From an uncultured Thalassolituus sp. (GTDB taxonomy: Bacteria; Pseudomonadota; Gammaproteobacteria; Pseudomonadales; Oceanobacteraceae): a stretch of DNA of 38,052 nucleotides. The stretch spans positions 1-38,052 of the forward strand of contig CAJXIT010000001.1 in assembly GCA_913054055.1 (NCBI GenBank), in the 5' to 3' direction. The position numbers were made by a program, and so were the translations under genes. Below, piece after piece: positions 1 to 10,612 of this stretch (position 1 is its first letter; every line of letters begins with the position of its first letter). The notes under the pieces were generated by a model that was not told the origin of the DNA, searched no databases, and saw only the letters and a list, made by a program, of their open reading frames with translations.

Positions 1-244
1 CACTACCTTTGGCTGCGGTCACGGCTTTAAACTTAAAGACAAATTATCAGACTCTTTATTAAGCCTCTGTCAAAATCAAGAGCCAGAACAAGTTTTGCAG
101 GCCAAGTCTTTATTTCCACTTGCCAATGCTCTCTATCAACAAAATGACACACTATTACCCGAAAATGTTGAACTGGTGTACTTAAGAGAACAAAGTCACT
201 GGAAAACCATAAAAGAACAAAAATTACTAAAAAAGGAAAAATAA
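1..244 (+). CDS. tsaB: 3' end of tRNA threonylcarbamoyladenosine biosynthesis protein TsaB (partial, runs off window start)
   Basis: Not in the ORF track. Frame 2 is open from nt 2 to TAA 242-244 and reads ...FGCGHGF...PENVELVYLREQSHWK..., matching the TsaB C-terminal 'G.G.GF...P.YLR...WK' pattern. Sits upstream of uppP/rsmJ. Confidence 0.75.
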   Translation, partial: TTFGCGHGFKLKDKLSDSLLSLCQNQEPEQVLQAKSLFPLANALYQQNDTLLPENVELVYLREQSHWKTIKEQKLLKKEK

Positions 245-247
245 ACC

Positions 248-1060
248 ATGGAATGGTGGCAAGCTGTAATTTTAGCCATAGTGCAAGGACTCACTGAATT
301 TCTTCCCATATCAAGTAGTGCTCATTTAATACTCCCTTCTCAAGTTTTAGGTTGGCCTGATCAAGGGTTAGCATTTGATGTGGCAGTGCATGTAGGTACG
401 CTGTTAGCCGTAATTTGGTACTTTAAAACAGATATCCGCCAATTAATAAAAGGCTTCATTAATACTACTTTCTTGGGTAACCCCAGTGCAGATGGCAGAT
501 TAGCTTGGTATATCGGATTAGCGACCATACCAGCTGGTTTACTGGGCTTATTTTTAAATGGCAGCGTGGAAGAATATTTGCGCAATGCGGCAGTAATTGC
601 CACCACCACTGTTGTTTTTGGTTTACTACTATTATTTGCCGACAGCCGAAGCAACTTGAAAAAAACCCTGAGCGATATGCCGCTCTCTCAAGCGATTTTT
701 ATTGGTATGGCACAAGCCATTGCACTGATTCCCGGCACTAGTCGTTCTGGGATCACCATGACTGCCGCCATGTTAATGGGGTATGAGCGCAGTGCGGCCG
801 CAAGATTTAGCTTTCTGTTATCTATTCCGCTTATTTTATTAGCCGGTGGCTATAAGGCAGTAGAGCTTTCGGTTAGTACACTGCCCATCCCGTGGGGCAT
901 GATTCTGATGGGAATTATTGTTTCTTGCATCAGTGCCTACATCTGTATTTATTTCTTTTTAAAGCTCATCGAGCAACTGTCCATGATGCCTTTTGTTATT
1001 TATCGCTTAGCACTGGGTGGTTTTTTGTTTTTGGCTTTAGGATTCAACTGGATTAACTAA
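248..1060 (+). CDS. uppP: Undecaprenyl-diphosphate phosphatase (BacA/UppP)
   Basis: Signature motifs VQGLTEFLPISSSAH, PGTSRSGIT and AARFSFLLSIP; multi-TM, 270 aa. Confidence 0.97.
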   Translation: MEWWQAVILAIVQGLTEFLPISSSAHLILPSQVLGWPDQGLAFDVAVHVGTLLAVIWYFKTDIRQLIKGFINTTFLGNPSADGRLAWYIGLATIPAGLLGLFLNGSVEEYLRNAAVIATTTVVFGLLLLFADSRSNLKKTLSDMPLSQAIFIGMAQAIALIPGTSRSGITMTAAMLMGYERSAAARFSFLLSIPLILLAGGYKAVELSVSTLPIPWGMILMGIIVSCISAYICIYFFLKLIEQLSMMPFVIYRLALGGFLFLALGFNWIN

Positions 1061-1837
1061 ATGACACCTGTTTGCCTAGTTTGTAATGAATCAGAGTTAC
1101 TGCAACAAGCTAATGATATTGCCCATCAGCTGGATATACCGCAGTTAAAGCAGCCCCCTGCTGAAGCTGAATTAGTATTAGAGTTGAATATTGAAGGTCT
1201 AAAACTGTTACGCCCTCATGATAAATCGGTTGGGGCATTGCAAGTTGACTTTAATGATGGTGCACTTACCTGGCGACGCCAACACGGCGGCGGAACGGGG
1301 CAAGCCATTGCAAAAGCCATTGGCTTAAAACAAAAAAAAGGGCTTTCAGTTTTAGATGCCACCGCTGGCACCGGAACAGACTCATTTGTACTTGCAGCTC
1401 TTGGTTGCAGGGTGACCATGATTGAGCGCCACCCTATTGTGGCCGCATTGCTGCAAGATGCCCTGTCACGGGCTGAATTGAATCCAGAGGTACATGATAT
1501 TACCCAACACATGTCACTGCACCATGGCAGCAGCGTGGACTACATGACGTCTCTTTCTGAGAACAGTTTTGATGTGATTTTCTTAGACCCTATGTTTCCT
1601 CACACAGGTAAAAATGCACAAGTGAAGAAGTCCATGCAATATTTTCGAGACATGGTAGGCAAAGATGAAGACGCAGATGATTTATTAGCACCGGCATTAG
1701 CGGCAGCCACTTACCGAGTAGTGGTAAAACGGCCGAGAAAAAGTCCATTTTTAATGGGTAAAAAACCCACCTTAAGTCATGAAGGCAAAGCAAATCGCTT
1801 TGATATCTATGTGAATAAAGGCATGAAGGACGCCTAG
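1061..1837 (+). CDS. rsmJ: 16S rRNA m2G1516 methyltransferase RsmJ
   Basis: VLDATAGTGTDSFVLA SAM motif, LDPMFP, RVVVKRP, RFDIY. ATG abuts the uppP stop. Confidence 0.93.
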   Translation: MTPVCLVCNESELLQQANDIAHQLDIPQLKQPPAEAELVLELNIEGLKLLRPHDKSVGALQVDFNDGALTWRRQHGGGTGQAIAKAIGLKQKKGLSVLDATAGTGTDSFVLAALGCRVTMIERHPIVAALLQDALSRAELNPEVHDITQHMSLHHGSSVDYMTSLSENSFDVIFLDPMFPHTGKNAQVKKSMQYFRDMVGKDEDADDLLAPALAAATYRVVVKRPRKSPFLMGKKPTLSHEGKANRFDIYVNKGMKDA

Positions 1838-1842
1838 TCCGA

Positions 1843-2688
1843 TTAGACCTCTGCTTTTTCTTTTCGCTTAGCTGCTTGCCAAAGGGCTTCCATTTCATCT
1901 AATGTCGCATCCTCCACGCTGCGCCCTTGTGCTTTTAAAGAGGCTTCGATGTGCGAAAAGCGGCGAATAAACTTCTGATTCGTTCCTCGTAATGCAATTT
2001 CACTTTTCACATTAATATGCCGCGATAGATTGGTCATCGCAAATAGTAAATCCCCCATTTCTTCTTGAATATGGGCTTGATTGCCTTGCTGAAGTGCCTC
2101 TCTCAACTCCGCTATTTCTTCTTCTATTTTATCCAAGACTTGTCCGGTTTCAGGCCAATCAAACCCAACGGTAGACGCACGTTTTTGTAACTTTTCCGCA
2201 CGTTGCAAAGCCGGTAATGCGGTTGGGATATCATCTAGTAAACCCGGCTCAGCATCGTCAACTGCTGTTTTTTCAGCTTTTTCATCCCGCTCTTGCTGTT
2301 TTATGCTTTCCCAGCGCCCTTTAATTTGTTCATCAGATAGCGCTTGTTCGTTAGCTTGAGATCGTAGCTCTCCCGATGGGAAAACATGAGGATGCCGACG
2401 CACTAATTTACTCACTAAGGTATGGACAATGTCGCCAAATTCAAAAAACTGCTGCTCTTTGCCAATTTGACTGTAAAAAATCACTTGGAATAATAAATCG
2501 CCTAATTCTTCTTTTAGATGATCATAATCTTGTTTTTCAATGGCATCGGCCACCTCATACGCTTCTTCTAACGTATGAGGCACAATTGAGTCAAAAGTTT
2601 GCTTTAAATCCCAAGGGCAACCGGTCTTTGGGTCACGTAATCGAGACATCAAATACAGCAGATCTTCTGTGGTATAGGGATTGGCCAT
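1843..2688 (-). CDS. mazG: Nucleoside triphosphate pyrophosphohydrolase MazG
   Basis: LRDPKTGCPWD, EEAYEV, EELGDLL, RRHPHVF, GFDWP; downstream of relA. ATG 2688 (MANPY) preferred over the ORF-track start 2727. Confidence 0.96.
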   Translation of the reverse strand: MANPYTTEDLLYLMSRLRDPKTGCPWDLKQTFDSIVPHTLEEAYEVADAIEKQDYDHLKEELGDLLFQVIFYSQIGKEQQFFEFGDIVHTLVSKLVRRHPHVFPSGELRSQANEQALSDEQIKGRWESIKQQERDEKAEKTAVDDAEPGLLDDIPTALPALQRAEKLQKRASTVGFDWPETGQVLDKIEEEIAELREALQQGNQAHIQEEMGDLLFAMTNLSRHINVKSEIALRGTNQKFIRRFSHIEASLKAQGRSVEDATLDEMEALWQAAKRKEKAEV

Positions 2689-2735
2689 TAAAGCGCTCTC
2701 ATTTTTTACAGCTAATTTATTTAACAATATTACAA

Positions 2736-4970
2736 TTATTGATTATGACGTCGAACATCCATCACATTAGGTAATTGCTGCAATTTATTCAGCATTTTTC
2801 CTAAATGATTCAGACTATCAATTTCAATAGTGACCAAAAAGTCTGCGGTACCATCTTCCTGCGATAAAGTGTTCATGGCGATAATGTTCACCCCTTCGTT
2901 GGCCAAGGCTAAGGTAATGTCTTTCAACAGACCTTTACGGTCGTATGCCTTGATGGCCAACTCAACTGGATACAATTTTTCAGGGGCTTTGCCCCAGCTT
3001 ACATCCGTAATACGCTTGGCTTGATTACGCTTTAAATTTAATAAGTTTCCACAGTCAGCTTGGTGAATACTGATCCCGCGGCCTTGAGTAATGTAACCGA
3101 CAATTGGGTCCCCAGGCACAGGGTGGCAGCAGGTTGCCAAAGATGTCATTAACTTCCCCACCCCATGAATATATACATCATCACCACTCACGGCCTTAAC
3201 TGGGTGAGTCGGTAACAGAGTTAACTGGTCATCCAACTGCTCTTCTGGCTCAAGCTGTTTATGGGCATGATTAAGCACTTGTGTGGTTCTAACTGTACCC
3301 GCTCCAACAGCAGCATATAAATCATCGATTGAATTTATATTTAGGTCTTTTGCGATTTGCTGAACATCAATATTAGTAAAACCAATGCGTCTTAGCTCTG
3401 GCTCCAGAATGCCTTTACCATCACTGATATTTTGATCTCTGTCTTGATTTTTAAACCAGTTAGCAATTTTGGCTTTCGAACGAGATGTGGTGATATAGCC
3501 GTTATCAAAATTCAGCCAATCACGACTGGGGCGGGCATCTCGGCTGGTTAAAATTTCAATTTTCTCACCCGTTTGCAATGCATGGGTTAAGGGGACAATG
3601 CGCCCATTTACTTTTGCTCCGCGACACCTGTGGCCAATTTCAGTGTGTACACGATAGGCAAAATCCACCGGGGTTGAATTAGGCTGTAGATCAACCACAT
3701 GGCCATCTGGTGTGAATACATAGATTCGGTCTGGGGTACTGTCTTCTCTTAATTGGCCAACAAATTCACTGACATCGCCCAATTCATCATGCCACTCAAG
3801 CACTTGTCGTAACCAAGATATTTTTTCTTCATAACCATTGTCTTTGCCGCTGACATCCGTGCCTTTATATAACCAATGAGCGCACACGCCCAGTTCAGCG
3901 TCATCATGCATTTCGTGAGTACGAATTTGCACTTCAAGCGCTTTGCCTTCAGGGCCTATGACAGCAGTGTGTAAAGATCGATATCCATTTTCTTTTGGAT
4001 TTGCCACATAGTCATCAAATTCCTGTGGGATATGCTTCCAGAAAGTATGAGTAATGCCTAGCGCGGCATAACAGTCTTTCACCTCTGGCACTAAGATGCG
4101 CACCGCACGTATGTCATATACTTCTGAGAATTCAATATTCTTGCGGCGCATTTTTCGCCAAATACTGTAGATGTGTTTGGCTCGCCCCTGAATATCACAT
4201 TCAATACCCGCACCTTCGATGGCTGTTTTTAAAGTCTCAACAACCTTGCCCACGTATTCTTGTCTGTCTAAACGTTTTTCATCCAGTAACGTGGCGATTT
4301 TTTTATAGGCTTCAGGTTCTAAATAGCGAAAGCTTAAATCTTCTAATTCCCATTTTATTTGTCCAATGCCTAAGCGATGTGCCAATGGCGCATAAATATC
4401 GAATACTTCACGAGCCACTTTTAAGCGCTGCTCAGGGGTCGCTTCTTTCACGGCCCGAATAATACTGGTTCTTTCAGCCAGCTTGATCAGTGCAACACGC
4501 ACGTCATCAATCATAGCCACCAGCATTTTACGCATGTGCTCAACTTGCGCTTCGCTTTGACCTAAAACTTTTTGTTTTGATGCGGTTTGTACTTGAGTAA
4601 TGGCTGCCATTTTTAGCACACCATCTATCAAATTTGATATTTCTTCTCCGAATTGACGCTCAACTTGAAATAAACTTAAGCGGCCTTCTCGTACCGGTCG
4701 GTAGATAATCGCAGCCACCAAACTGGCTTGATCCATGTGCAGTTCTGCCAATACCTGTGTCATTTCCATTGCAATCTGTAAACTAGAAATATTGGCATTC
4801 CACTGCTGATGATTAGCAATGGCTTCGGATTCAAATTTTTGTGCAAGATCACAGGCAGCACGAATTTGATCTTCGTCCTTTAGCTCAACCTGATCGGCTA
4901 AACTTTGAATCCAAGCGTCAATATCCACTCGCCCATCCTGGGATAAGTGATCGTCTCTTACTTTAACCAT
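2736..4970 (-). CDS. relA: (p)ppGpp synthetase RelA
   Basis: APLAHRLG, GRAKHIYSI, EFDDY (ExDD, RelA type), NGYRSLHT, TGS and ACT domains. The hydrolase HD motif is degenerate, as expected for RelA. Confidence 0.97.
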   Translation of the reverse strand: MVKVRDDHLSQDGRVDIDAWIQSLADQVELKDEDQIRAACDLAQKFESEAIANHQQWNANISSLQIAMEMTQVLAELHMDQASLVAAIIYRPVREGRLSLFQVERQFGEEISNLIDGVLKMAAITQVQTASKQKVLGQSEAQVEHMRKMLVAMIDDVRVALIKLAERTSIIRAVKEATPEQRLKVAREVFDIYAPLAHRLGIGQIKWELEDLSFRYLEPEAYKKIATLLDEKRLDRQEYVGKVVETLKTAIEGAGIECDIQGRAKHIYSIWRKMRRKNIEFSEVYDIRAVRILVPEVKDCYAALGITHTFWKHIPQEFDDYVANPKENGYRSLHTAVIGPEGKALEVQIRTHEMHDDAELGVCAHWLYKGTDVSGKDNGYEEKISWLRQVLEWHDELGDVSEFVGQLREDSTPDRIYVFTPDGHVVDLQPNSTPVDFAYRVHTEIGHRCRGAKVNGRIVPLTHALQTGEKIEILTSRDARPSRDWLNFDNGYITTSRSKAKIANWFKNQDRDQNISDGKGILEPELRRIGFTNIDVQQIAKDLNINSIDDLYAAVGAGTVRTTQVLNHAHKQLEPEEQLDDQLTLLPTHPVKAVSGDDVYIHGVGKLMTSLATCCHPVPGDPIVGYITQGRGISIHQADCGNLLNLKRNQAKRITDVSWGKAPEKLYPVELAIKAYDRKGLLKDITLALANEGVNIIAMNTLSQEDGTADFLVTIEIDSLNHLGKMLNKLQQLPNVMDVRRHNQ

Positions 4971-4975
4971 ACTGG

Positions 4976-6295
4976 TTAATCCTTAATAAATAACGCCATA
5001 GATTCCACATGTTTGGTTTGTGGGAACATATCCATTACGCACATTTTTTTTAACTTGAAGCCTGCATCTAGCAATGGCTGTGCATCACGTACTAATGAGC
5101 TTGGGTCGCATGCAATATATAAAATTCGACTGTTCTGTTTCACTAGCCAAGGCATTAAAACACTGGCTCCAGCTCTAGGTGGATCCAATAAAATGGCGTC
5201 CACTTTTGGCAGTTTAAATAGTAACTCTTCATCAGCTAGGTTCATGGCACTGGCTTCTATATTGCTGATGTTATTTGCAGCGGCATTTTCATCAATGCGA
5301 GCAGCCATGGCTTTTTCGCCTTCTACGGCATATACCTTGTTTACTTTTTTTGCCAAAGGCAACGTGAAGTTACCGATGCCGGCAAACAAATCTAAAACCT
5401 GGTCATCGCTTTTAAGGTCGAGCCAATTTAATGCTTGCTCAACCATACTTTGATTCACTTGTGCATTGCCTTGAATGAAGTCTTTAACATCAAAACTTAA
5501 CTCGCAGCCATCTACACCATAAGACAAAGGCTTGTTATTTTTGCTGTATAGTAAATCCAGTTGATGGTCACCTTGCACCCACACTTGAACTTGATGCTCT
5601 CTCCCCCAATCTTCTAAGCGCTGTTTATCCGACTGCTGCAATGTCTTCAGGTAGCGAATCACCACAGCCGCATCATGATCCCCAGAGATTAATTCAACCT
5701 GAGTGATGCGAGACTTAGCGTGTAAATCATCAATTAACCCATGCAAAGGCTGAATCAGTTTATTTAACTTAGGCTCCAGAACGGGGCAGTCTGTAATGGC
5801 GGTTAAGTGGCTATTGGCTTCTTCACGAAAGCCCAAAATAATTTCATCAGTTTTGTTGCGGTAACGCACCCCCAAACGGGCGCGACGACGGTAACCAAAC
5901 GGATCGCTTTCAATGCTGTCCATCCAAGGTACAGCTTTTAACTTCAACTGTCGTTTAAACTGCTGATCAAGGGTATTCTGCTTGTAGCCAATTTGCTTTC
6001 TGCTTTGCAGATGCTGTAACTGACAAGCGCCACAGCGTTCATAGTGGACACATTCAGGCTGTGTCCGCTCATCGCTGCTCTTTAGGATTTCAATCAGTTG
6101 ACCTTGATTAAAATGACGCTTTTGCTGGTCAATTTTAACTTTAATGGTCTCGGTAGGCAGTGCTCCCGGAACAAATAGCACCTTATCTTGGGAGCGGCTC
6201 ACCCCTTGCGCCTCATGGCTTAGATCATGAACATCAACTTCACATTCAATGGGAGCAGGTTTGTTGGCTTTTTTCTTGTGTCGAACAATGGCCAC
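4976..6295 (-). CDS. rlmD: 23S rRNA m5U1939 methyltransferase RlmD (RumA)
   Basis: TRAM domain, Fe-S motif CVHYERCGACQLQH, LDLFAGIGNF, LDPPRAG, YIACDP, DMFPQTKHVE. GTG 6295 preceded by AAGGA is preferred over the ORF-track start 6406. Confidence 0.95.
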   Translation of the reverse strand: MAIVRHKKKANKPAPIECEVDVHDLSHEAQGVSRSQDKVLFVPGALPTETIKVKIDQQKRHFNQGQLIEILKSSDERTQPECVHYERCGACQLQHLQSRKQIGYKQNTLDQQFKRQLKLKAVPWMDSIESDPFGYRRRARLGVRYRNKTDEIILGFREEANSHLTAITDCPVLEPKLNKLIQPLHGLIDDLHAKSRITQVELISGDHDAAVVIRYLKTLQQSDKQRLEDWGREHQVQVWVQGDHQLDLLYSKNNKPLSYGVDGCELSFDVKDFIQGNAQVNQSMVEQALNWLDLKSDDQVLDLFAGIGNFTLPLAKKVNKVYAVEGEKAMAARIDENAAANNISNIEASAMNLADEELLFKLPKVDAILLDPPRAGASVLMPWLVKQNSRILYIACDPSSLVRDAQPLLDAGFKLKKMCVMDMFPQTKHVESMALFIKD

Positions 6296-6412
6296 AAGCG
6301 ATATCCTTAAATTAACTGAGCCTAATATGGGCTTAATTTTGTTAATTTCAAGTGATTTTTGCTCATGAATCTCACAATTAACACAAGACTCATAAGCCAT
6401 AAACACAGGTGT

Positions 6413-7303
6413 TTACTGACTAAACACACCTGAAGATAAATAGCGATCGCCGCGATCGCATATGATAGCCACAATAATGGCATTATCTAGGGTTTCATTA
6501 AGCTGGAGCGCACCTGCTACCGCCCCTCCAGAGCTAACTCCGCAGAAAATCCCCTCTTCTTTAGCCAGCGCCTTCATGGTTTGCTCGGCGATATCTTGCC
6601 CAATATCCAGCACAGTATCGACTCGGTTTTCATCAAAGATACCCGGAAGGTATGCTTTCGGCCAGCGGCGAATCCCCGGAATAGCAGCGCCTTCTTGAGG
6701 CTGTAAACCCACGATTTGTATATCTGAATTCTGCTCTTTTAAGTAACGACTGGTACCCATGATGGTGCCGGTGGTCCCCATAGAGCTCACAAAATGAGTA
6801 ATTGCCCCTTGGGTATCCTGCCAGATCTCTGGTCCGGTGGTTTCATAATGAGCAATGGGATTATCCCCATTCCCAAACTGATCCAAAACAATGCCATCGC
6901 CTCTGGCTTCCATTTGCTTGGCTAAGTCTCTAGCCCCTTCCATGCCTTCGTCTTTGGTCACGAGAATCAGCTCAGCACCATACGCTTCCATAGCCCAACG
7001 GCGTTCCATAGTGGCATTATCGGGCATGATCAAAATCATTTTATAGCCTTTAATGGCCGCTGCCATGGCTAACGCAATACCTGTATTACCACTGGTAGCT
7101 TCGATTAAAGTATCGCCCGGTTTAATGTCACCACGAGATTCTGCACGTTGAATCATGCTTAACGCAGGGCGATCTTTTACCGACCCTGCCGGGTTATTAC
7201 CTTCAAGCTTCAATAAAATGGTATTGCTAGTATGGGTCCCCAATCGCTGTAAGCGCACCAAGGGAGTACCGCCCACAAAATCGGCTATGGTAGGAAATTC
7301 CAT
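6413..7303 (-). CDS. cysM: Cysteine synthase B
   Basis: KLEGNNPAGSVKDR (PLP lysine), EATSGNTG, IPGIRRW, CDRGDRYLS. ATG at 7303; the ORF track extends to TTG 7309. Confidence 0.96.
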   Translation of the reverse strand: MEFPTIADFVGGTPLVRLQRLGTHTSNTILLKLEGNNPAGSVKDRPALSMIQRAESRGDIKPGDTLIEATSGNTGIALAMAAAIKGYKMILIMPDNATMERRWAMEAYGAELILVTKDEGMEGARDLAKQMEARGDGIVLDQFGNGDNPIAHYETTGPEIWQDTQGAITHFVSSMGTTGTIMGTSRYLKEQNSDIQIVGLQPQEGAAIPGIRRWPKAYLPGIFDENRVDTVLDIGQDIAEQTMKALAKEEGIFCGVSSGGAVAGALQLNETLDNAIIVAIICDRGDRYLSSGVFSQ

Positions 7304-7480
7304 GTTCAATTCACTTAGTTATAACTATTTTGGCAAATAATACGCTGAAACTTATCACTTTAGTAATATCAAAAGGCAATTTGCTTATAGCCATATTGTT
7401 CATATTGTGGGCTTTTCGCACCACAAGGGGCTGTATTGCTGTTAATATATGCTTTTTAAAATGAAGAGTTTCACAGGCAG

Positions 7481-10195
7481 ATGAATTACTGGGGTGTCCA
7501 AAGGCGATTACTGCTGATCATTCTATTACCGTGTTTGGTTTTAGCCATAACACTGGGCAGCTACTTTAGCTTGGATCGTTTTCATCAGCAGCACCAACAA
7601 TTTAGGCAACAGGCCACTTTATTAGCCCAGCAAACCGCTCTTCAAGCCTACCCATTATTTGAGTCATCTCAGCAAGACCAAGTACTGACCTTGCAGCATT
7701 ATATGGCGTTGCCAAATTTGCGCAGTATATCCTTGTTAAGCGCCAGCCAAGATGTGATTCAACATGTTGGCCCCAGCATGATGCAACAAACTTCCGATCT
7801 CTTTATTGAAAACGAAACCCAGCGCTTTGAAACCCACAAAACCATCGTATTGCGTGCACCTATCTTTTCTCCCAATGATAAGTTACATACCCAATTATTG
7901 GGTTGGATCGAAATAGAGCTGAACACAGATCAGCAAAAACTAACCCAGTTTAAATCCCTTTTTACCAATACCTTGTTGATCGTTGCTTTTAGTTTACTTG
8001 CTATTTTTATTGCGTATCGCACCAGCTCTCGAATCACTCGCCCTTTACACCAGGTTACCGACACGTTAAATGAACTGGAATCTGGCAACCTGAATGCTCG
8101 CATTAGCTTAAGCGAGCAAACGGAGTTAAATGAACTCGCAACTGGTATCAACACCATGGCTGCCAGTTTGCAAAAAGCTCAGCAAGAGTTGCAAGATAAC
8201 GTTGAACAAGCCACGGAAGACCTGAAAGAAACCCTAGACGAATTAGAAGTTCAAAATATTGAACTGAATATGGCAAGGCATACTGCACTGGAAGCCAGCA
8301 AAACCAAATCCGATTTTTTGGCTAACATGAGTCATGAAATTCGCACCCCTCTCAATGGCATCATTGGTTTTAGTAAATTATTAGAAAAAACCCGTTTGAA
8401 TAAACGCCAGGTGGATTATTTAAATACCATTGAAGCGTCTTCAAGCAGCTTGCTTAGCATCATCAACGATATTTTAGATTTTTCTAAGATTGAAGCCGGT
8501 AAATTAGTGTTAGATTCCGTGCCATTGCACTTAAGAGATTTAACAGATGAAGTTCTGACCATGCTTGCTCCTGAAGCCCACAAAAAAGGCATTGAGCTTG
8601 CTGCTTTGGTTTATCAAGATGTGCCCTATGAAATTATGGGAGACCCGGTTCGATTAAAGCAAGTGCTGACTAACCTGATTAACAATGCCATTAAGTTTAC
8701 CGAGTCAGGCTCTGTCATCGTGCGAGTGATGCTGGAAGAAGAGCTTGAACAAAAAGTGGCACTAAAAGTCACTGTAACAGACACAGGAATCGGATTAACC
8801 AGTGATCAGCAAAAGCAATTGTTCAGTGCTTTTAGTCAAGCGGATGCTTCCACCACTCGCCGTTTTGGTGGCACAGGTTTAGGCCTTGTGATTAGTCAGC
8901 ACTTGGTTAAACACATGCAAGGCGAAATTGGGGTTGAAAGCACTGCTGGCTCAGGGTCAAAATTTTGGTTCACGGGTACGTTTGATACCAGTGAGTATTA
9001 TCAAGAAGTTTGGGATGATGCCCCTTGGTTTAATAAAAATGCGTATATTTTGTCCCAGTGGGAATTTAGCGGACAAGTATTACGCAACCAACTGAGCAGT
9101 TTGGGCTATCAAGTTCAAGCCTTTCAAACATTACAGGAGTTACTGCTCGCACAAAATAAACAACCTGCAGATGTGATCTTAATGGATTTAGTGGATGAAC
9201 TGGATGAGTCCTTAGTACAAGACATTAAGCAACACAGCCACCTTGTGGCCATGCTGACAAATAACGACACCGAAAGCTGGGACGCATTCGCTAACTTAAG
9301 CATCAATCATAATTTGGTTTATCCGGTTTCCTTGCGCAACCTAAGCAACGTATCTCAAGACATGTTTGAAGACCGTCGTAATCAAAATGCCAGCCGAAGT
9401 AGCAACCATCAAATAAACGTCCTGGCTGTTGACGATAACGCCCCTAATTTAGAACTATTAAGCACTTGGTTAACCGATTTAAATGTCAACGTCACTCGTG
9501 CCAATGGAGGATTGCAAGCGGTTCAATATGGCATCACTCAATCATTCGATTTAATTTTCATGGATATTCAAATGCCGGATTTAGATGGAGTACAAGCTAC
9601 TCAGCAAATCCGTGAGCAAGGCATTAACCAAATGACACCATTAGTGGCTTTAACCGCTCATGCCTTGTCTACCGAACGCAAGCAGTTATTAAGTAGTGGG
9701 TTTGATGACTACCTAACTAAGCCACTTAGTGAAGAACAGCTATCCCATACACTAACAAAATGGACGTCATTTCAACCGCCTCGCTTATCTAGAGGCAGTG
9801 ATTATCAAAAACAACATCTAAGCAACGCAACAACACCTCATATTCAAAATGCCATTTTTGACTGGACTGAATGTTTAAAATTATCTGGAGGCAAAGCAAA
9901 CTTGGCTCAAACCATGGCTGAAGGTTTACTAAAAGAGATTAATGCCGTTTTACCAAAGCTCAAAAGCGATACAGACAAACAAACCTTATTAGAGCCCATA
10001 CATAAGCTGCACGGTTTATGTAAATATGTGGGAGCAAGGAATTTACAAGCGGCCCTAGAAGATGCTGAAACCCACTTGAAAACAGAAGAAGGAAACTGGG
10101 ACACTGTGTCACATGCATTGATTGATGCCATCAATGAATTACTGCAATACAAACTAGATAACCCAGAGTGGGCCGAAATCCAAGAAGAGTTGTAA
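7481..10195 (+). CDS. barA: Hybrid sensor histidine kinase GacS/BarA
   Basis: Two TM segments, HAMP, FLANMSHEIRTPLNG, HATPase (FGGTGLGL), degenerate receiver, receiver DLIFMDIQMP, Hpt IHKLHG. Divergent from cysM-rlmD-relA, the usual gacS/barA location. Confidence 0.9.
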   Translation: MNYWGVQRRLLLIILLPCLVLAITLGSYFSLDRFHQQHQQFRQQATLLAQQTALQAYPLFESSQQDQVLTLQHYMALPNLRSISLLSASQDVIQHVGPSMMQQTSDLFIENETQRFETHKTIVLRAPIFSPNDKLHTQLLGWIEIELNTDQQKLTQFKSLFTNTLLIVAFSLLAIFIAYRTSSRITRPLHQVTDTLNELESGNLNARISLSEQTELNELATGINTMAASLQKAQQELQDNVEQATEDLKETLDELEVQNIELNMARHTALEASKTKSDFLANMSHEIRTPLNGIIGFSKLLEKTRLNKRQVDYLNTIEASSSSLLSIINDILDFSKIEAGKLVLDSVPLHLRDLTDEVLTMLAPEAHKKGIELAALVYQDVPYEIMGDPVRLKQVLTNLINNAIKFTESGSVIVRVMLEEELEQKVALKVTVTDTGIGLTSDQQKQLFSAFSQADASTTRRFGGTGLGLVISQHLVKHMQGEIGVESTAGSGSKFWFTGTFDTSEYYQEVWDDAPWFNKNAYILSQWEFSGQVLRNQLSSLGYQVQAFQTLQELLLAQNKQPADVILMDLVDELDESLVQDIKQHSHLVAMLTNNDTESWDAFANLSINHNLVYPVSLRNLSNVSQDMFEDRRNQNASRSSNHQINVLAVDDNAPNLELLSTWLTDLNVNVTRANGGLQAVQYGITQSFDLIFMDIQMPDLDGVQATQQIREQGINQMTPLVALTAHALSTERKQLLSSGFDDYLTKPLSEEQLSHTLTKWTSFQPPRLSRGSDYQKQHLSNATTPHIQNAIFDWTECLKLSGGKANLAQTMAEGLLKEINAVLPKLKSDTDKQTLLEPIHKLHGLCKYVGARNLQAALEDAETHLKTEEGNWDTVSHALIDAINELLQYKLDNPEWAEIQEEL

Positions 10196-10198
10196 ACA

Positions 10199-10582
10199 CT
10201 AAATAATGGTACAGAACGCTACTGCATAGTGGCGTTCGTCACTCATACTGATTAAAGCCTGCTTGCCATTGATATCCTGTAACCGAATCGCTGCTGCGCC
10301 ACTCAATTTTACACTAGGGGCGCCTAACTCATCTCTAGATAATTCCATCTCTTGCCAGCCAACGCCCTTCGCAATGCCTGTGCCCAGTGCTTTAGCGATG
10401 GCTTCTTTGGCGCTCCATCTTTTTGCTAAAAAAGCGATTTGAACCGCTTCATTGTCCATTGCATTAAAACGTTGCAACTCACTTTCAGTTAAAATTCGCA
10501 CGGCTAGCTTTTCTCTCTGCCGAGCATACACCTTAGCAATGCGATCTATTTCTACAATGTCTGTTCCAATGGCAATGGTCAT
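10199..10582 (-). CDS. acpS: Holo-[acyl-carrier-protein] synthase
   Basis: IGTDIVEIDRI, AKRWSAKEAIAKALGTG, ISMSDE; follows pdxJ. Confidence 0.96.
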   Translation of the reverse strand: MTIAIGTDIVEIDRIAKVYARQREKLAVRILTESELQRFNAMDNEAVQIAFLAKRWSAKEAIAKALGTGIAKGVGWQEMELSRDELGAPSVKLSGAAAIRLQDINGKQALISMSDERHYAVAFCTII

Positions 10583-10612
10583 ATAAAGTTAACCCAAAGA
10601 TATATTTTAAAA

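Noticed and set aside
4500-4970. Degenerate HD hydrolase motif in the RelA/SpoT homologue
   Set aside because: Normal for gammaproteobacterial RelA.
6296-6406. N-terminal extension of RlmD in the ORF track (similar extensions for MazG and FliS)
   Set aside because: Longest-ORF artefact; downstream starts have SD sequences and give family-typical lengths.
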